From assembly GCA_018817165.1 (NCBI GenBank), contig JAHITY010000015.1, positions 36,354 through 100,353 of the forward strand: a stretch of 64,000 nucleotides of DNA, in the 5' to 3' direction. The notes under the pieces are model-generated. The model ran no database searches and was not told the DNA's origin. It worked only from the letters and a program-made list of their open reading frames with translations. This document shows, piece by piece, positions 31,193-41,565 of this stretch (position 1 is its first letter; each line of letters begins with the position of its first letter). Origin of the DNA: Candidatus Omnitrophota bacterium (GTDB taxonomy: Bacteria > Omnitrophota > Gorgyraeia > B26-G9). Both the position numbers and the translations under genes were made by a program.

Positions 31193-31678
31193 TTAATTCC
31201 CTTTATAGCGTTCATTTAGCATTTTCATTATTTCATCAGTTAAATCATTTTCTTTTGGTCCATCAATAATAAGCCTATCGTCTATAATATAAGTTAATTT
31301 TTTCTTTTTGCGCAATTCTTTGGATACATTCTCAACATCTTTGAGAATTTCTCTTAAAATACGCTCTTCATCTTTTCTAATATCCACAGTCATCTTGCGA
31401 ATCTCTTCTTGCTTGCTCAACATTTGATTTTTTCTTTCTTCTTGAGCTTCTTTACTTAAAGTATCAAATCCTTCATTCATTTTTTTCATATCCTGAAGCA
31501 TCATATTAACATCATTTTTAACCTTATCCATTTTCTCATTAGAATCAACTACTTTCTTATACCCTTCAAAGATCTTCGCGAGATTAATATATCCAATACT
31601 TAAATCCTCAGCAAAACATTTACTCTGAACACAAAAAATTGCACTAATCAGTGCAATAATTACCAATATTTTCTTCAT
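31193..31678 (-). CDS. skp: OmpH/Skp periplasmic chaperone
   Basis: Signal peptide, IGYINL, helical body, DLTDEI; lies between bamA and lpxD. Confidence 0.85.
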   Translation of the reverse strand: MKKILVIIALISAIFCVQSKCFAEDLSIGYINLAKIFEGYKKVVDSNEKMDKVKNDVNMMLQDMKKMNEGFDTLSKEAQEERKNQMLSKQEEIRKMTVDIRKDEERILREILKDVENVSKELRKKKKLTYIIDDRLIIDGPKENDLTDEIMKMLNERYKGN

Positions 31679-31772
31679 TTTTCCTCCCTTTTTTAGCTGT
31701 TTATTCTAATTATTTGATATATTGTAACACATTACAAAATTTTGTCAATCTAATCCCACCCGTTATTAAAAA

Positions 31773-34046
31773 CTAAAATTCATGACTCATCGCAAAATGG
31801 AATCTCCCCTTAGCATCACCTTCTTTAGGATTAAGCGCGTAGCCATAATCAAGTCTGATCGGCCCCAAAGGCGTTTTTACCCTAATCCCAGTACCGATAG
31901 CAGCTTTAAGTTTAAGATTATCCCAAATAAACTCCTGATTATTTGACCACACATTTCCAATATCATAGAAAAACGCCCACTTTAAATTATTAGTTAATTT
32001 ATGCGTATATTCAGCATTAAAGATTGCTCTTAATCTTCCACCGATCGGGTCGCCTTGTTCGCCTTCAGGCCCAACTCTTCTTTCTTTATATCCTCTGATT
32101 GTATTCGCTCCTCCAGCATAAAACCGCTCATAAACAGGCACGTCAACCGAGTCACTAAAAGCCTCGATCATCCCCACTCGAATTTGAAAATCGAGAACAT
32201 CGTCATGCCCCATTGGAAAATATTTATTATTTTTAGTTTCATATTTTACAAAATCCTTATCCCCCCCAAAACAGCCTCCGGCATATTCTGTAGAAAATTG
32301 ATTATAAACCCCGGTTCGAGGATTATAGAGATTATCTCTTGTATCATGAATAATATCAGTTCGAATACTGCTTATATAATTTTTTCCCGCTTCCGCTTTA
32401 ATAGCATTAGAAGCATCATCTTGAATATCATCAATCCGAATACTTTCATAACGATATGTCCATTTATTCTGCCAATACTCTCCTAACTCTTTGCTCGCAA
32501 ATAAATTACCGCCGATTCTTTTTTCATCATACTTATCCCATTCCTGGGTGCGGCTATAAACATTAAATCCGGTTGCCAGCGGATATCCCAAGAACCATGG
32601 TTCAACAAAACTAAGTTCATAATCTTTTTTTTCAGACCCAAATTCCATTCGCAAACGTAATTTTTGTCCCGCTCCGGTAAAAGTAGGAAAATTAAAAATA
32701 TCAAAATTTCTTTGGGTTAAATCAACAAATCCAATAAATTTATCTACTGAACTATACCCGGCGCCAAAGCTGAACTCTCCGGTTTTTGATTCTTTTACAA
32801 ACACATCCATATCATATTTATCCGGTAAAGTCGAAGGCTGCTCATCAGTATTAAAAGATACCTCTTCAAAGTATCCTAAATTATATAAACGCTGACGGCT
32901 TCTTCTTAATTTTTCGCCATTATATCGATCCCCTGGAAACAACCGCATTTCACGCCTTATAACAATGTCTTTGGTGCGAACATTGCCTTTAATATTTACT
33001 TTATCCAAGTAGCCTATTTTCCCTTCACTAATATTATAAGAAACATCAACCTGTCCTGTTTCAGGATTAAGGATTGTATCCGCTTTAACTGATGACGCGA
33101 TGTAACCTGCATCAAAATAATGCGCTTGGATTTTTGAGATATCGGAACGCAGTTTATTTTCACTATAAATCTGATCATTCAATAATTCCAGATTAGCAGT
33201 CAGGTCTGAATCTAAAAACACCTGATTACCTTTAAACAATACATTTCCCGCCCGGTATTGTTTCCCTTCACTGATCTTAAAAGTTATATACATCGAATCA
33301 TTTTTCTGATTATATTCAATTGTCGGTTCGATAAGAGCATCGATAAAACCATCCATACGATAGAAATTATTTAATCTATCAGTATCTTCTGCCCAGACAT
33401 CTTCTTTAAAAAACCCGGAATTAAACCAACCGCGCTTTTTAGTTTTAATAATTTTACGCAGCCGCGCATCATCAAAATAACCATTCCCTTCAAAACTTAT
33501 TTTCCTAATCCTTATTCGCTTACCTTCTTTAACAGTAATCGTAACTATTACACTGTGCTCTTTTTCTTCAAAAGAATAATCTAATTCTGCCAAAGAGTAG
33601 CCTTTTTTAGCATAAAGCTTTTTCAAATTAACGATATCCTCTTTTAATTGAAATTGATCAAATATTTCTCCGGTTTTAACCGTCATCTCAACTTTAAGTT
33701 TTTTAGTCCTAACCCGACGATTACCGGTAAATACGATTTCTTTTAGCATGGGTTTTTCTTCTACCTTAAAAACAACTGTCAACCCATCCGCTTCATCAAC
33801 AAGATCCGCGCTTACATCATTAAAAAGTCCCGTTGCATACAGACGTTTAATATCGTCGCTTAAAATTAAGGGGGAATACTCTGAACCTTCCTTAGATTTC
33901 AATTTCGAAAGAATTGTCTGTTCACTTACAACTTTATTATTCGTTACTTTCAGTTTATTAATTACCCTCTCACCATCTTGAGCAAAAACATTTACTGAAA
34001 AAAATAAAAAAATAAACCCAAAAAATACAATAAACTTTTTTCTCAT
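31773..34046 (-). CDS. bamA: Outer membrane protein assembly factor BamA
   Basis: Five POTRA domains, IRGY motif, TPLGPIRLDYG, terminal Phe. Confidence 0.97.
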   Translation of the reverse strand: MRKKFIVFFGFIFLFFSVNVFAQDGERVINKLKVTNNKVVSEQTILSKLKSKEGSEYSPLILSDDIKRLYATGLFNDVSADLVDEADGLTVVFKVEEKPMLKEIVFTGNRRVRTKKLKVEMTVKTGEIFDQFQLKEDIVNLKKLYAKKGYSLAELDYSFEEKEHSVIVTITVKEGKRIRIRKISFEGNGYFDDARLRKIIKTKKRGWFNSGFFKEDVWAEDTDRLNNFYRMDGFIDALIEPTIEYNQKNDSMYITFKISEGKQYRAGNVLFKGNQVFLDSDLTANLELLNDQIYSENKLRSDISKIQAHYFDAGYIASSVKADTILNPETGQVDVSYNISEGKIGYLDKVNIKGNVRTKDIVIRREMRLFPGDRYNGEKLRRSRQRLYNLGYFEEVSFNTDEQPSTLPDKYDMDVFVKESKTGEFSFGAGYSSVDKFIGFVDLTQRNFDIFNFPTFTGAGQKLRLRMEFGSEKKDYELSFVEPWFLGYPLATGFNVYSRTQEWDKYDEKRIGGNLFASKELGEYWQNKWTYRYESIRIDDIQDDASNAIKAEAGKNYISSIRTDIIHDTRDNLYNPRTGVYNQFSTEYAGGCFGGDKDFVKYETKNNKYFPMGHDDVLDFQIRVGMIEAFSDSVDVPVYERFYAGGANTIRGYKERRVGPEGEQGDPIGGRLRAIFNAEYTHKLTNNLKWAFFYDIGNVWSNNQEFIWDNLKLKAAIGTGIRVKTPLGPIRLDYGYALNPKEGDAKGRFHFAMSHEF

Positions 34047-34049
34047 AAT

Positions 34050-35438
34050 TTATTCTTCTCTCTTTGTATGATTTTCAAATCTACTGAACTCTTTTACAAA
34101 TGTAAGAGTCTTTGTCCCTACAGGACCATTTCTTTGTTTTGCGATAATAACTTCTGCTAACCCCTTATTCTCTTCATTAGGATTGTAATATTCCTCACGA
34201 AATAACAACATAACAACATCAGCATCCTGTTCAATTGCTCCAGAATCACGCAAATCAGAAAGTCTAGGTCGAAATCCGTCACGGGATTCAGTAGCCCGTG
34301 ACAACTGACTCAAGGCAACAAGTGGCACATTAATTTCTCTGGCCAACCCCTTTAAAGATCTGGATATATCTGAAATTTCCTGTTGCCGGCTTTCTCCACG
34401 AAATCCCGCAGCCTGCATAAGCTGAATATAATCGAGAATTATCAATCCGATATTATGCTGCGCTTTTAATCTTCTGGCTTTTGCTCTAAGCTCTAAAACA
34501 TTAAGTCCCGGAGTATCATCAATAAACAGTGGTGCGGTTGATATTTTCCCTGCGGCATTAACCAAATCCCCCCAATGGTCCTGAGATAAAAATCCTGTAC
34601 GCACAGCCTGCATATCCACCCGGGCATGAGAGCAAAGGATTCTTTGCACCAATGATTCTTTAGACATTTCCAAGCTAAAAATAGCTGTAGGAATTTTTTC
34701 AATAACAGCGGCATGTTCGGCAAATCCGCACATCAAAGCACTTTTGCCCATAGATGGGCGTCCAGCAAGGATTATTAGATCTGATGGCTGCAGCCCAGCG
34801 GTAATAACATCAAGATCTTGATACCCAGTAGGAATTCCAGTGATTTGTGTTTTTCGCTGATAAAGTTTTTCAATGTTTTCAATACTGCTTTTAATCAACT
34901 CTTTTACCGGAACAATCCCGCTCTTTGCTTTTGACCCGGCAATTTCAAATATCATTCGCTCAGCAGTATCAAGCAAACCATCAACATCCTGATCAGGCTC
35001 ATATCCTTGAGTAACAATATTAGTTGCTGTTGATATAAGTTTACGTAATACTGCTTTTTCTTTGACAATTTTTGCATGATGCAACACATTAGCTGCAGTA
35101 GCAACTACATTGGCAAGTTCAGTAAGATAACCCGCTCCTCCTACTTTTTCCAGTTCATTCGCTTTGAGTAAAAAATCACTAAGCGTGATTAAGTCAATCG
35201 GTCTATTTTCACTATACAGACCAATCATTGCCCGAAAAATCTTTAGATGATTATCACGATAAAAACAATCTTCATCTAATATTTCTACAACATCAGATAT
35301 AGCCGCTTCTTCAAGCAACATTGAACCCAAAACCGCCATTTCCGCCTCATTATTCTGTGGCGGGACTTTATCAAGCAGGGTAGATGACCCTAAAGGCTCA
35401 ATTCGCTCCTGCTTGCGCTTTATTCTTTGACCACCCAT
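34050..35438 (-). CDS. dnaB: Replicative DNA helicase
   Basis: GRPSMGKS, DYIQLM, LSQLSR, DLRDSGAIEQDAD, KQRNGP; no intein. Confidence 0.98.
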   Translation of the reverse strand: MGGQRIKRKQERIEPLGSSTLLDKVPPQNNEAEMAVLGSMLLEEAAISDVVEILDEDCFYRDNHLKIFRAMIGLYSENRPIDLITLSDFLLKANELEKVGGAGYLTELANVVATAANVLHHAKIVKEKAVLRKLISTATNIVTQGYEPDQDVDGLLDTAERMIFEIAGSKAKSGIVPVKELIKSSIENIEKLYQRKTQITGIPTGYQDLDVITAGLQPSDLIILAGRPSMGKSALMCGFAEHAAVIEKIPTAIFSLEMSKESLVQRILCSHARVDMQAVRTGFLSQDHWGDLVNAAGKISTAPLFIDDTPGLNVLELRAKARRLKAQHNIGLIILDYIQLMQAAGFRGESRQQEISDISRSLKGLAREINVPLVALSQLSRATESRDGFRPRLSDLRDSGAIEQDADVVMLLFREEYYNPNEENKGLAEVIIAKQRNGPVGTKTLTFVKEFSRFENHTKREE

Positions 35439-35860
35439 ACTTTTACCTGTGGTTTTACTTCTGGATGTAGTTTAACAGGAATGTGATACACCCCTAAGGC
35501 TTTGATCGGCTCTTCTAATAAGATATCTTTCTTATCTACAGATATCCCTTCCTGCAACAGAGATTTTGCAATATCAGCACTTGTAACTGCCCCATAAAGC
35601 TGTTCATCATGTGCTTGCATAACAATAGTACAAGAAACACCTTCAATTTTTTTAGCTATTTCTTCAGCTTCTTGCTTGAGTTTTAATAACTTCTTATCAT
35701 TTACTTTTTTTACTTGTTCTAATAATTGCAAATTCTGATTATTGGCTTCCAAAGCTTTATCTTGAGGAAACAAATAGTTGCGCGCATATCCTTGCGCGAC
35801 CTCAACAACATCTCCCACCTTACCCAATTTATTTAAATCTACTTTCAATACAACTTTCAT
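35420..35860 (-). CDS. rplI: 50S ribosomal protein L9
   Basis: MKVVL..LGKVGDVVEV.QGYARNYL; AAGGAG SD before the ATG at 35860. Confidence 0.97.
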   Translation of the reverse strand: MKVVLKVDLNKLGKVGDVVEVAQGYARNYLFPQDKALEANNQNLQLLEQVKKVNDKKLLKLKQEAEEIAKKIEGVSCTIVMQAHDEQLYGAVTSADIAKSLLQEGISVDKKDILLEEPIKALGVYHIPVKLHPEVKPQVKVWVVKE

Positions 35861-35880
35861 TATTCTCACTCCTTAAATGA

Positions 35881-36078
35881 TCCCGCCGCAATTCGGCGGG
35901 AGAATTTTGCCCGAGAAGCAGCGACTAGCTGCTGATCGGGAATCATTATTATTTATGCCTGAATTATGGAGCCATTCGACTAAGCTCATGGTAAACATTT
36001 TTGCGCCATCAAGTCATCCTGCGCAAATTTAGCCCGAGAAGCAGCGACTAGCTGCTGATCAGGAATCATTATTATTTA
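35881..36078. repeat. Mosaic of palindromes including a 47-bp direct repeat pair (35909-35955, 36032-36078)
   Basis: GCCCGAGAAGCAGCGACTAGCTGCTGATC(G/A)GGAATCATTATTATTTA twice with 1 mismatch, plus TCCCGCCG/CGGCGGGA and other hairpins. Confidence 0.85.
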
Positions 36079-36144
36079 AGCATAAAATTCGAAAACATCT
36101 TTCCCTTACCATAATCAGAGAGTTTAATATCAAGCTTGCGAATT

Positions 36145-36408
36145 TTATTCTGCAGCATAAGGCAAAATCGCAATAAATCTTGCTCTTTTAATTGCCTGCG
36201 CCAGTTTACGCTGATGTTTAGCACAAGTTCCGCTTACACGAGAAGGAACGATTTTCCCTCTTTCAGTTATAAATTTAACTAATTTGCTAATATCTTTATA
36301 ATCAACCTTATCTGCCTTATCTATACAAAACCGGCATACTTTTTTCTTGAAAAGTACGGTTCTTTTAGAGGGCTTCTTCAACAATTTACCTTTTTTACGC
36401 ATTAACAT
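36145..36408 (-). CDS. rpsR: 30S ribosomal protein S18
   Basis: [31 protein letters not shown]. Confidence 0.97.
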   Translation of the reverse strand: MLMRKKGKLLKKPSKRTVLFKKKVCRFCIDKADKVDYKDISKLVKFITERGKIVPSRVSGTCAKHQRKLAQAIKRARFIAILPYAAE

Positions 36409-36443
36409 TACTTTTTTCTCCTATCCACTTATAGATTATTAAA

Positions 36444-36896
36444 TTAAAAAGGAACTTCTTCATCCTTTGGAGACTCTAAAGGAAAACTGTCCATAGACTC
36501 ATCCATCGACATTTCACCCGAAGAATATTCCGGCACTGACTGTTTTTGATCAGAACCCTGAGTTTTTCCTTTTCCTAAAAATTGTATATTCTGGGCAATC
36601 ACTTCCATAGTATTACGCTTAGCCCCATCAGGAGCCTGCCATGACCTGCTTTGCAATCTGCCTTCAACAAAAACAGGACGGCCTTTAAATAAATATTCGC
36701 TACATATCTGCGCCAGCTTTGCCCAGCAAACAACCCGAACATAACTAACTTCTTCTTTCTTTTCTCCAGATGTAGAATTAAATGCCCGGCTCACTGCTAT
36801 TGTAAAAGTAGTAACCGCTGTACCGCTTGGGGCATAACGCAATTCAGGATCACGCGTGAGATTTCCCATGAGCAAAACTTTATTTAAATTTGCCAT
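36444..36896 (-). CDS. ssb: Single-stranded DNA-binding protein
   Basis: LNKVLLMGNLTRDPELR, VEGRL, acidic DEEVPF tail. Confidence 0.98.
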   Translation of the reverse strand: MANLNKVLLMGNLTRDPELRYAPSGTAVTTFTIAVSRAFNSTSGEKKEEVSYVRVVCWAKLAQICSEYLFKGRPVFVEGRLQSRSWQAPDGAKRNTMEVIAQNIQFLGKGKTQGSDQKQSVPEYSSGEMSMDESMDSFPLESPKDEEVPF

Positions 36897-36908
36897 TCTT
36901 ATCCCTCC

Positions 36909-37196
36909 TTATGATTCCTTGTTAATAATCATAACCCGTAAAATCTCATCATTTAATTTAAAAATGCTTTCAATTTTCTTAACAGCAGCCGGATCTAGAG
37001 TAAAATCTATGCAGTAATAAAAACCTTCGCTTTGTTTTTTAATATCAAAAGTGAATTTTTTCTTACCCCAGCTTTGAACTTCTCCAGGCACACCAATGTT
37101 CTTAGTAATAAGTGCCTTAATTTCCTCAATCTGCTTTTCCTGTCCATCATTATCCAGGGAAGCTTTTAAAATAAAAACTCCTTCATAGTTATTCAT
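36909..37196 (-). CDS. rpsF: 30S ribosomal protein S6
   Basis: YEGVFIL, WGKK, GFYY, ILR; rpsF-ssb-rpsR order. Confidence 0.95.
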   Translation of the reverse strand: MNNYEGVFILKASLDNDGQEKQIEEIKALITKNIGVPGEVQSWGKKKFTFDIKKQSEGFYYCIDFTLDPAAVKKIESIFKLNDEILRVMIINKES

Positions 37197-37785
37197 CGTC
37201 TGAATTCTCCCTTCCTTTTGTATTGAATTTATTCATTGCAAAATTTATATCATTTTCTAACCAGCTCATAGCCGCATTCTTTGCTTGTTCCACTGTTACT
37301 TTTGCTATTTGTTCATCTTCTTTATTACTAAAACCGCTTAAAACATATTTTGCTAAATCAACCCCAGGCATTGCCGCATTTACGCCAAAACGTAATCTGC
37401 TAACCTCGGAGGTGCCCAAATCTTTTATAATAGAACGCAAACCATTGTGCCCGCCGGCACTTCCAAATTTACGAATTCTAATTGTACCTAGTTTTAAATG
37501 CACATCATCAAAAATGATTAACACATCAGATAAGTCAATTTTAAAGTAATCAATAAAATTTCTAACCGCATTACCACTCAAATTCATATAGGTCAACGGC
37601 TTTACTAAAATAAAACTTATGTTATCAATTTTCCCCTGAGCCCATAAGGAATTAAACTTACGCTGATTAACAGAAACGTCCAATTCTTTGGCTATTGCTT
37701 CTACAACCCAAAATCCCGCATTATGTTTTGTATTTTTATAGTTTGCCCCAGGATTGCCTAGGCCAACTATAAGTTTCCTTGCCAT
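37189..37785 (-). CDS. pth: Peptidyl-tRNA hydrolase
   Basis: GLGNPG, HNAGF, KPLTYMNLSG, GGHNG. Confidence 0.97.
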   Translation of the reverse strand: MARKLIVGLGNPGANYKNTKHNAGFWVVEAIAKELDVSVNQRKFNSLWAQGKIDNISFILVKPLTYMNLSGNAVRNFIDYFKIDLSDVLIIFDDVHLKLGTIRIRKFGSAGGHNGLRSIIKDLGTSEVSRLRFGVNAAMPGVDLAKYVLSGFSNKEDEQIAKVTVEQAKNAAMSWLENDINFAMNKFNTKGRENSDDE

Positions 37786-37881
37786 ATATCTAATTAGCCT
37801 TTAGTTTAGCTTTGCGATTAATCGACTTTAAATTATTGGAGTAATCCCAAAACAATCATTACAAAGATTTCCTAAAACCAA

Positions 37882-38547
37882 CTATTTTTTAGCTTCCTCT
37901 TCATCTGTTTTACCTTTTTTAATTACCTCAGGCTCCCCAGCAGATTGTTCAGCTTCAATTTCTTCATCAGATTTTGCTTCTACTTCATATTTTACCAAAA
38001 CAGCTACTTGATCAAGATTACTAACCGCATGAACACCCTCAGGCATAGGCAACTCTTTAACATGAATCGAATCGCCGACTTTTAATCCAGAAACATCGAC
38101 GATTATCTGTTTAGGTAAATTAATCGGCAAACTTTCAATTTCGATTTCGTGTAAGACATGTTCTAAAATTCCGCCTTCTTTTACTCCCGGAGCATCACTA
38201 TCACCTTTAGTAATAAGTGGTAAATATACGCGAATCTTTTCTGTCATACTAACCATTTGAAAATCTACATGGATAACACTATTTTTAATATGATCAATCT
38301 GCAGTTCTTTAATAATAACCGGCTGATCAGTGATCTTACCATTATTATCCAGCTTTAAAGTAATGATTGAACTTTCTCCATATTTATGCACAAGCTTTAC
38401 TAAGTCTTTATGGTTAACCTCAATTTGAATCGGACTTTCTTTTTTAGCATATAATATTGCCGGCACAGCGCCCAAAGCTCTTATTTTTCGTACCGCGGAA
38501 GTACCGCTGCCTATTCTAATCTTTCCATCTAATAATACATTTTCCAC
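37882..38547 (-). CDS. rplY: 50S ribosomal protein L25/Ctc
   Basis: VPAILY, HVDF, GVKEGG, GDSIHV. Confidence 0.95.
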   Translation of the reverse strand: MENVLLDGKIRIGSGTSAVRKIRALGAVPAILYAKKESPIQIEVNHKDLVKLVHKYGESSIITLKLDNNGKITDQPVIIKELQIDHIKNSVIHVDFQMVSMTEKIRVYLPLITKGDSDAPGVKEGGILEHVLHEIEIESLPINLPKQIIVDVSGLKVGDSIHVKELPMPEGVHAVSNLDQVAVLVKYEVEAKSDEEIEAEQSAGEPEVIKKGKTDEEEAKK

Positions 38548-38585
38548 TTGTTATTCCTCCTTGTATAAACACTATTTTAAATCAA

Positions 38586-39524
38586 TCATATAAATAAAGA
38601 GCTTACAGACTCTTCATTATGAATTCTTTTGATTGCCTCAGCCAATAATTTAGCAATAGTCACAACCTTTACTTTAGGATGTTTTTTATCATCAGATATC
38701 GGAATTGAATCCGTTACAACAATCTCTTTCAAACCACTTTTTTCGATTCTTTCCAAAGCCGGTCCGGAAAATACTCCATGAGTAACTCCAGCATATACTT
38801 CCTTTGCCCCTTTTTTCTTAAGCGCGTTTGCCGCTTCAGTCAAAGAACCGGCAGTAGCACACATATCATCAATTAAAATACCGATTTTACCTTCCACATC
38901 CCCTAAAACATTCATGGCTTCTGTACTTTCGCCATCAATCCGGCGTTTATCAATAATGCCTAAAGGCGCGCCGAGACGTTTAGCAAATGCTCTGGCCATC
39001 TTTACTCCACCGACATCAGGAGAAACAATAACCACATTTTCTCCCACAAATTTCTTGAAATGCTCGATCAAAACCGGAGCTGCAAAAAGATGATCCACCG
39101 GAATATCAAAAAAACCCTGTATTTGCCCAGCATGTAAATCCATGGTTAAAACTCTATCCGCTCCAGCATTGGCAATTAAATTAGCGACCAATTTTGCGGT
39201 AATCGGCACACGCGGCTGATCTTTTCTATCTTGGCGGGCATAACCATAATAAGGAATAACCGCGGTTATCCTTCCCGCGGAAGCCCTGGCTAAAGCATCA
39301 ATAAGAATTAATAATTCCATCAGATTATCATTAGTCGGAGGACAAGTAGGCTGAATTACAAAAACATCCTTGCCTCTGACATTCTGATCAACTCGAACCT
39401 GGATTTCGCCTTCACTAAATTTACCAACAAAAGCATTTCCTAAGGCAACCCCTAAGTGTTTACAAATATCCTTTGCCAGCTGAGGGTTCGCATTCCCAGT
39501 GAATACTGTTAATCTTTCTTGCAT
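38586..39524 (-). CDS. prs: Ribose-phosphate pyrophosphokinase
   Basis: [37 protein letters not shown]. Confidence 0.98.
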   Translation of the reverse strand: MQERLTVFTGNANPQLAKDICKHLGVALGNAFVGKFSEGEIQVRVDQNVRGKDVFVIQPTCPPTNDNLMELLILIDALARASAGRITAVIPYYGYARQDRKDQPRVPITAKLVANLIANAGADRVLTMDLHAGQIQGFFDIPVDHLFAAPVLIEHFKKFVGENVVIVSPDVGGVKMARAFAKRLGAPLGIIDKRRIDGESTEAMNVLGDVEGKIGILIDDMCATAGSLTEAANALKKKGAKEVYAGVTHGVFSGPALERIEKSGLKEIVVTDSIPISDDKKHPKVKVVTIAKLLAEAIKRIHNEESVSSLFI

Positions 39525-39555
39525 TAGCCTAACCTTTCAATTTATTATAAACATT

Positions 39556-39612
39556 ATTAGCTTTTATCTTTTGACTTTTATATTTTTATATTTTTAGCTT
39601 TTCAGCTTTTAA
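39556..39612. repeat. Degenerate 7-8-nt tandem tract (TTTTAGC-like)
   Basis: ttagc ttttatc ttttgac ttttata tttttata tttttagc ttttcagc ttttaac. Confidence 0.55.
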
Positions 39613-40889
39613 CAATTAGCAATTTTATCTTTTGTTTTTTTTAATTCACGCGCGGGAATACCAACTACTACCGTATTATCCGGGACATCTTTATTCCTCG
39701 TCACTACCGCACCAGCGCCAGTCATTGCTGATTTACCGATTTTTACCGGCGCAACTAAAATAGTCCCGGTTCCGATAAAAGCTCCTGACTTTATTACTGT
39801 CTTATGTTTATTCTTCCCGTCATAGTTCGCGACAATAGTTCCTGCCCCGATATTTACATTATCTTCTATATCAGTATCGCCAATATAACTTTGGTGTTTT
39901 ACCTTTGAAAACTCACCAATGCTTGATCGGTTAAATTCAACAAAATTACCCAAACTTACATTATTGGCGATATTTGAACCAGATCTTACGCGGCAAAAAG
40001 GTCCCAAACTGCAGTTTTCACCAACTATAACATTACTTTCAACAATCGTAAACGGATAAATAACCGTATCCTTTCCGATTTTAACAGCTTCATCAATAAA
40101 TGTAGTTTTAGGATCAAGCACAGTTACCCCAGACGCAACAATCTCCTTAAGAATTCTATTTCTGAAAATTTCATAAGCTTGCGCTAAACCTTCTCGAGAA
40201 TTTACGCCTAAAATCTCATCCTGATCCAATGTCTCTATAGCATTTATCATCTTCTTTGCCTTATTCATCACCGCGACAACATCTGTTAAATAATACTCCT
40301 TTTTCTTATTATCAGGCTTAACTTTTTTTAAAGCATCAAACAATTCATCAGCTTTAAAAACGTAAACACCAACATTTATTTCCTCGATTGCCCGTTCATA
40401 AACATTAGCATCGTTTTCCTCAACAATTTTAGCAAGATTCCCTGAATCATTCCGGACAATTCTTCCATAACCACCAGGATTATTCGTCCGGACTGTAAGC
40501 AATGTTCCCACTGCGTCATTTTCGTAATGTTTTTCCAATAAATTTTTTATAGTTGTAGAAGTAATCAGCGGCGTATCACCATAAATAATCAGTAAGCGTT
40601 GATCCTTATTTTTAAAAATTTCCTGATCATTTATTTGCCAAACCGCATCGCCTGTGCCCAGCAAATTTTTTTGCTGTACACATTTAGCTTTTTGGCCAAC
40701 ATATTTTTCCACCATTTCTGATTTATAACCAGTTATAATAAAAATGTTTTTAATTCCCGCAGCCTGAACATTGTCAATTACATGTCCCAGCATTGGTTTA
40801 CTTCCCATTTTATGCAAAATTTTCGGAAGATTTGAATTCATTCTGGTGCCTTCACCAGCAGCTAATATAACCGCACTAATATTTTCCAT
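39609..40889 (-). CDS. glmU: Bifunctional GlcNAc-1-P uridyltransferase/acetyltransferase
   Basis: LAAGEGTRM..PK, YGRIVR, EYYLTD, left-handed beta-helix with NYDG. Confidence 0.96.
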   Translation of the reverse strand: MENISAVILAAGEGTRMNSNLPKILHKMGSKPMLGHVIDNVQAAGIKNIFIITGYKSEMVEKYVGQKAKCVQQKNLLGTGDAVWQINDQEIFKNKDQRLLIIYGDTPLITSTTIKNLLEKHYENDAVGTLLTVRTNNPGGYGRIVRNDSGNLAKIVEENDANVYERAIEEINVGVYVFKADELFDALKKVKPDNKKKEYYLTDVVAVMNKAKKMINAIETLDQDEILGVNSREGLAQAYEIFRNRILKEIVASGVTVLDPKTTFIDEAVKIGKDTVIYPFTIVESNVIVGENCSLGPFCRVRSGSNIANNVSLGNFVEFNRSSIGEFSKVKHQSYIGDTDIEDNVNIGAGTIVANYDGKNKHKTVIKSGAFIGTGTILVAPVKIGKSAMTGAGAVVTRNKDVPDNTVVVGIPARELKKTKDKIANC

Positions 40890-40995
40890 ATTTACCTGAT
40901 TTGTTGAATTTTATTGTGATAACCATTCCTAATTTTAAAGCAAAAAAACTATTGCTACCTTAACTATCCTAAGTTAAGCAGCCTGAATATAAAAA

Positions 40996-41070
40996 TGGCT
41001 GCCCGGCATGGACTCGAACCATGAACAAAAGATCCAAATTCTTTCGTGTTGCCAATTACACCACCGGGCA
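40996..41070 (-). tRNA. tRNA-Gln(TTG)
   Basis: TGCCCGGTGGTGTAATTGGCAACACGAAAGAATTTGGATCTTTTGTTCATGGTTCGAGTCCATGCCGGGCAGCCA. Confidence 0.94.
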
Positions 41071-41098
41071 ATTTTTTATTAAATTAATTTTATAACAA

Positions 41099-41533
41099 TT
41101 AACCCATTAAGTCATGACTATGTTCCAAGTCATGACCTTCAATTCCCGGGTCCTTTGCAGCTTCAATATCATAAGCCTCTAAAACTTTTTTTTGTATATA
41201 TTCCCTGCAATCCGGAGTTATCGGATGTGCAATATCTTTATGCTCTGTCTGACGAGCTTCTTCTGGAGTTTGAACTGGCTTTAACTGTTGGTTCTCTATA
41301 TTTGCGCTGCACTGATTACAATACTTACTGCGTACTACATTGCGATGTCCACACGCAGGACAAGTTATTTTCATTTTCGCTGATGGCATGGCAACAAATA
41401 ATCCCTTGCTGCCCTCAATTACTTTCACGTCTCTAACAACAAAACAATTATCAAACGTTACGGTAACATAAGCTTTTAATTTCTTATTACTGTCCTTATT
41501 ACGCAAAAATACTCTGACCTCAGTAACTTCCAT
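41099..41533 (-). CDS. spoVG: SpoVG family nucleic-acid-binding protein with zinc-ribbon insertion
   Basis: [33 protein letters not shown]; inserted CPAC...CNQC. Confidence 0.92.
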   Translation of the reverse strand: MEVTEVRVFLRNKDSNKKLKAYVTVTFDNCFVVRDVKVIEGSKGLFVAMPSAKMKITCPACGHRNVVRSKYCNQCSANIENQQLKPVQTPEEARQTEHKDIAHPITPDCREYIQKKVLEAYDIEAAKDPGIEGHDLEHSHDLMG

Positions 41534-41565
41534 CTTCGAACCACTCCTTTCCAAGATGCACGCAG

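Noticed and set aside
35909-36078. Palindromic direct repeats as a CRISPR array
   Set aside because: Only two 47-bp copies with a 76-nt structured spacer, and no cas genes in the window
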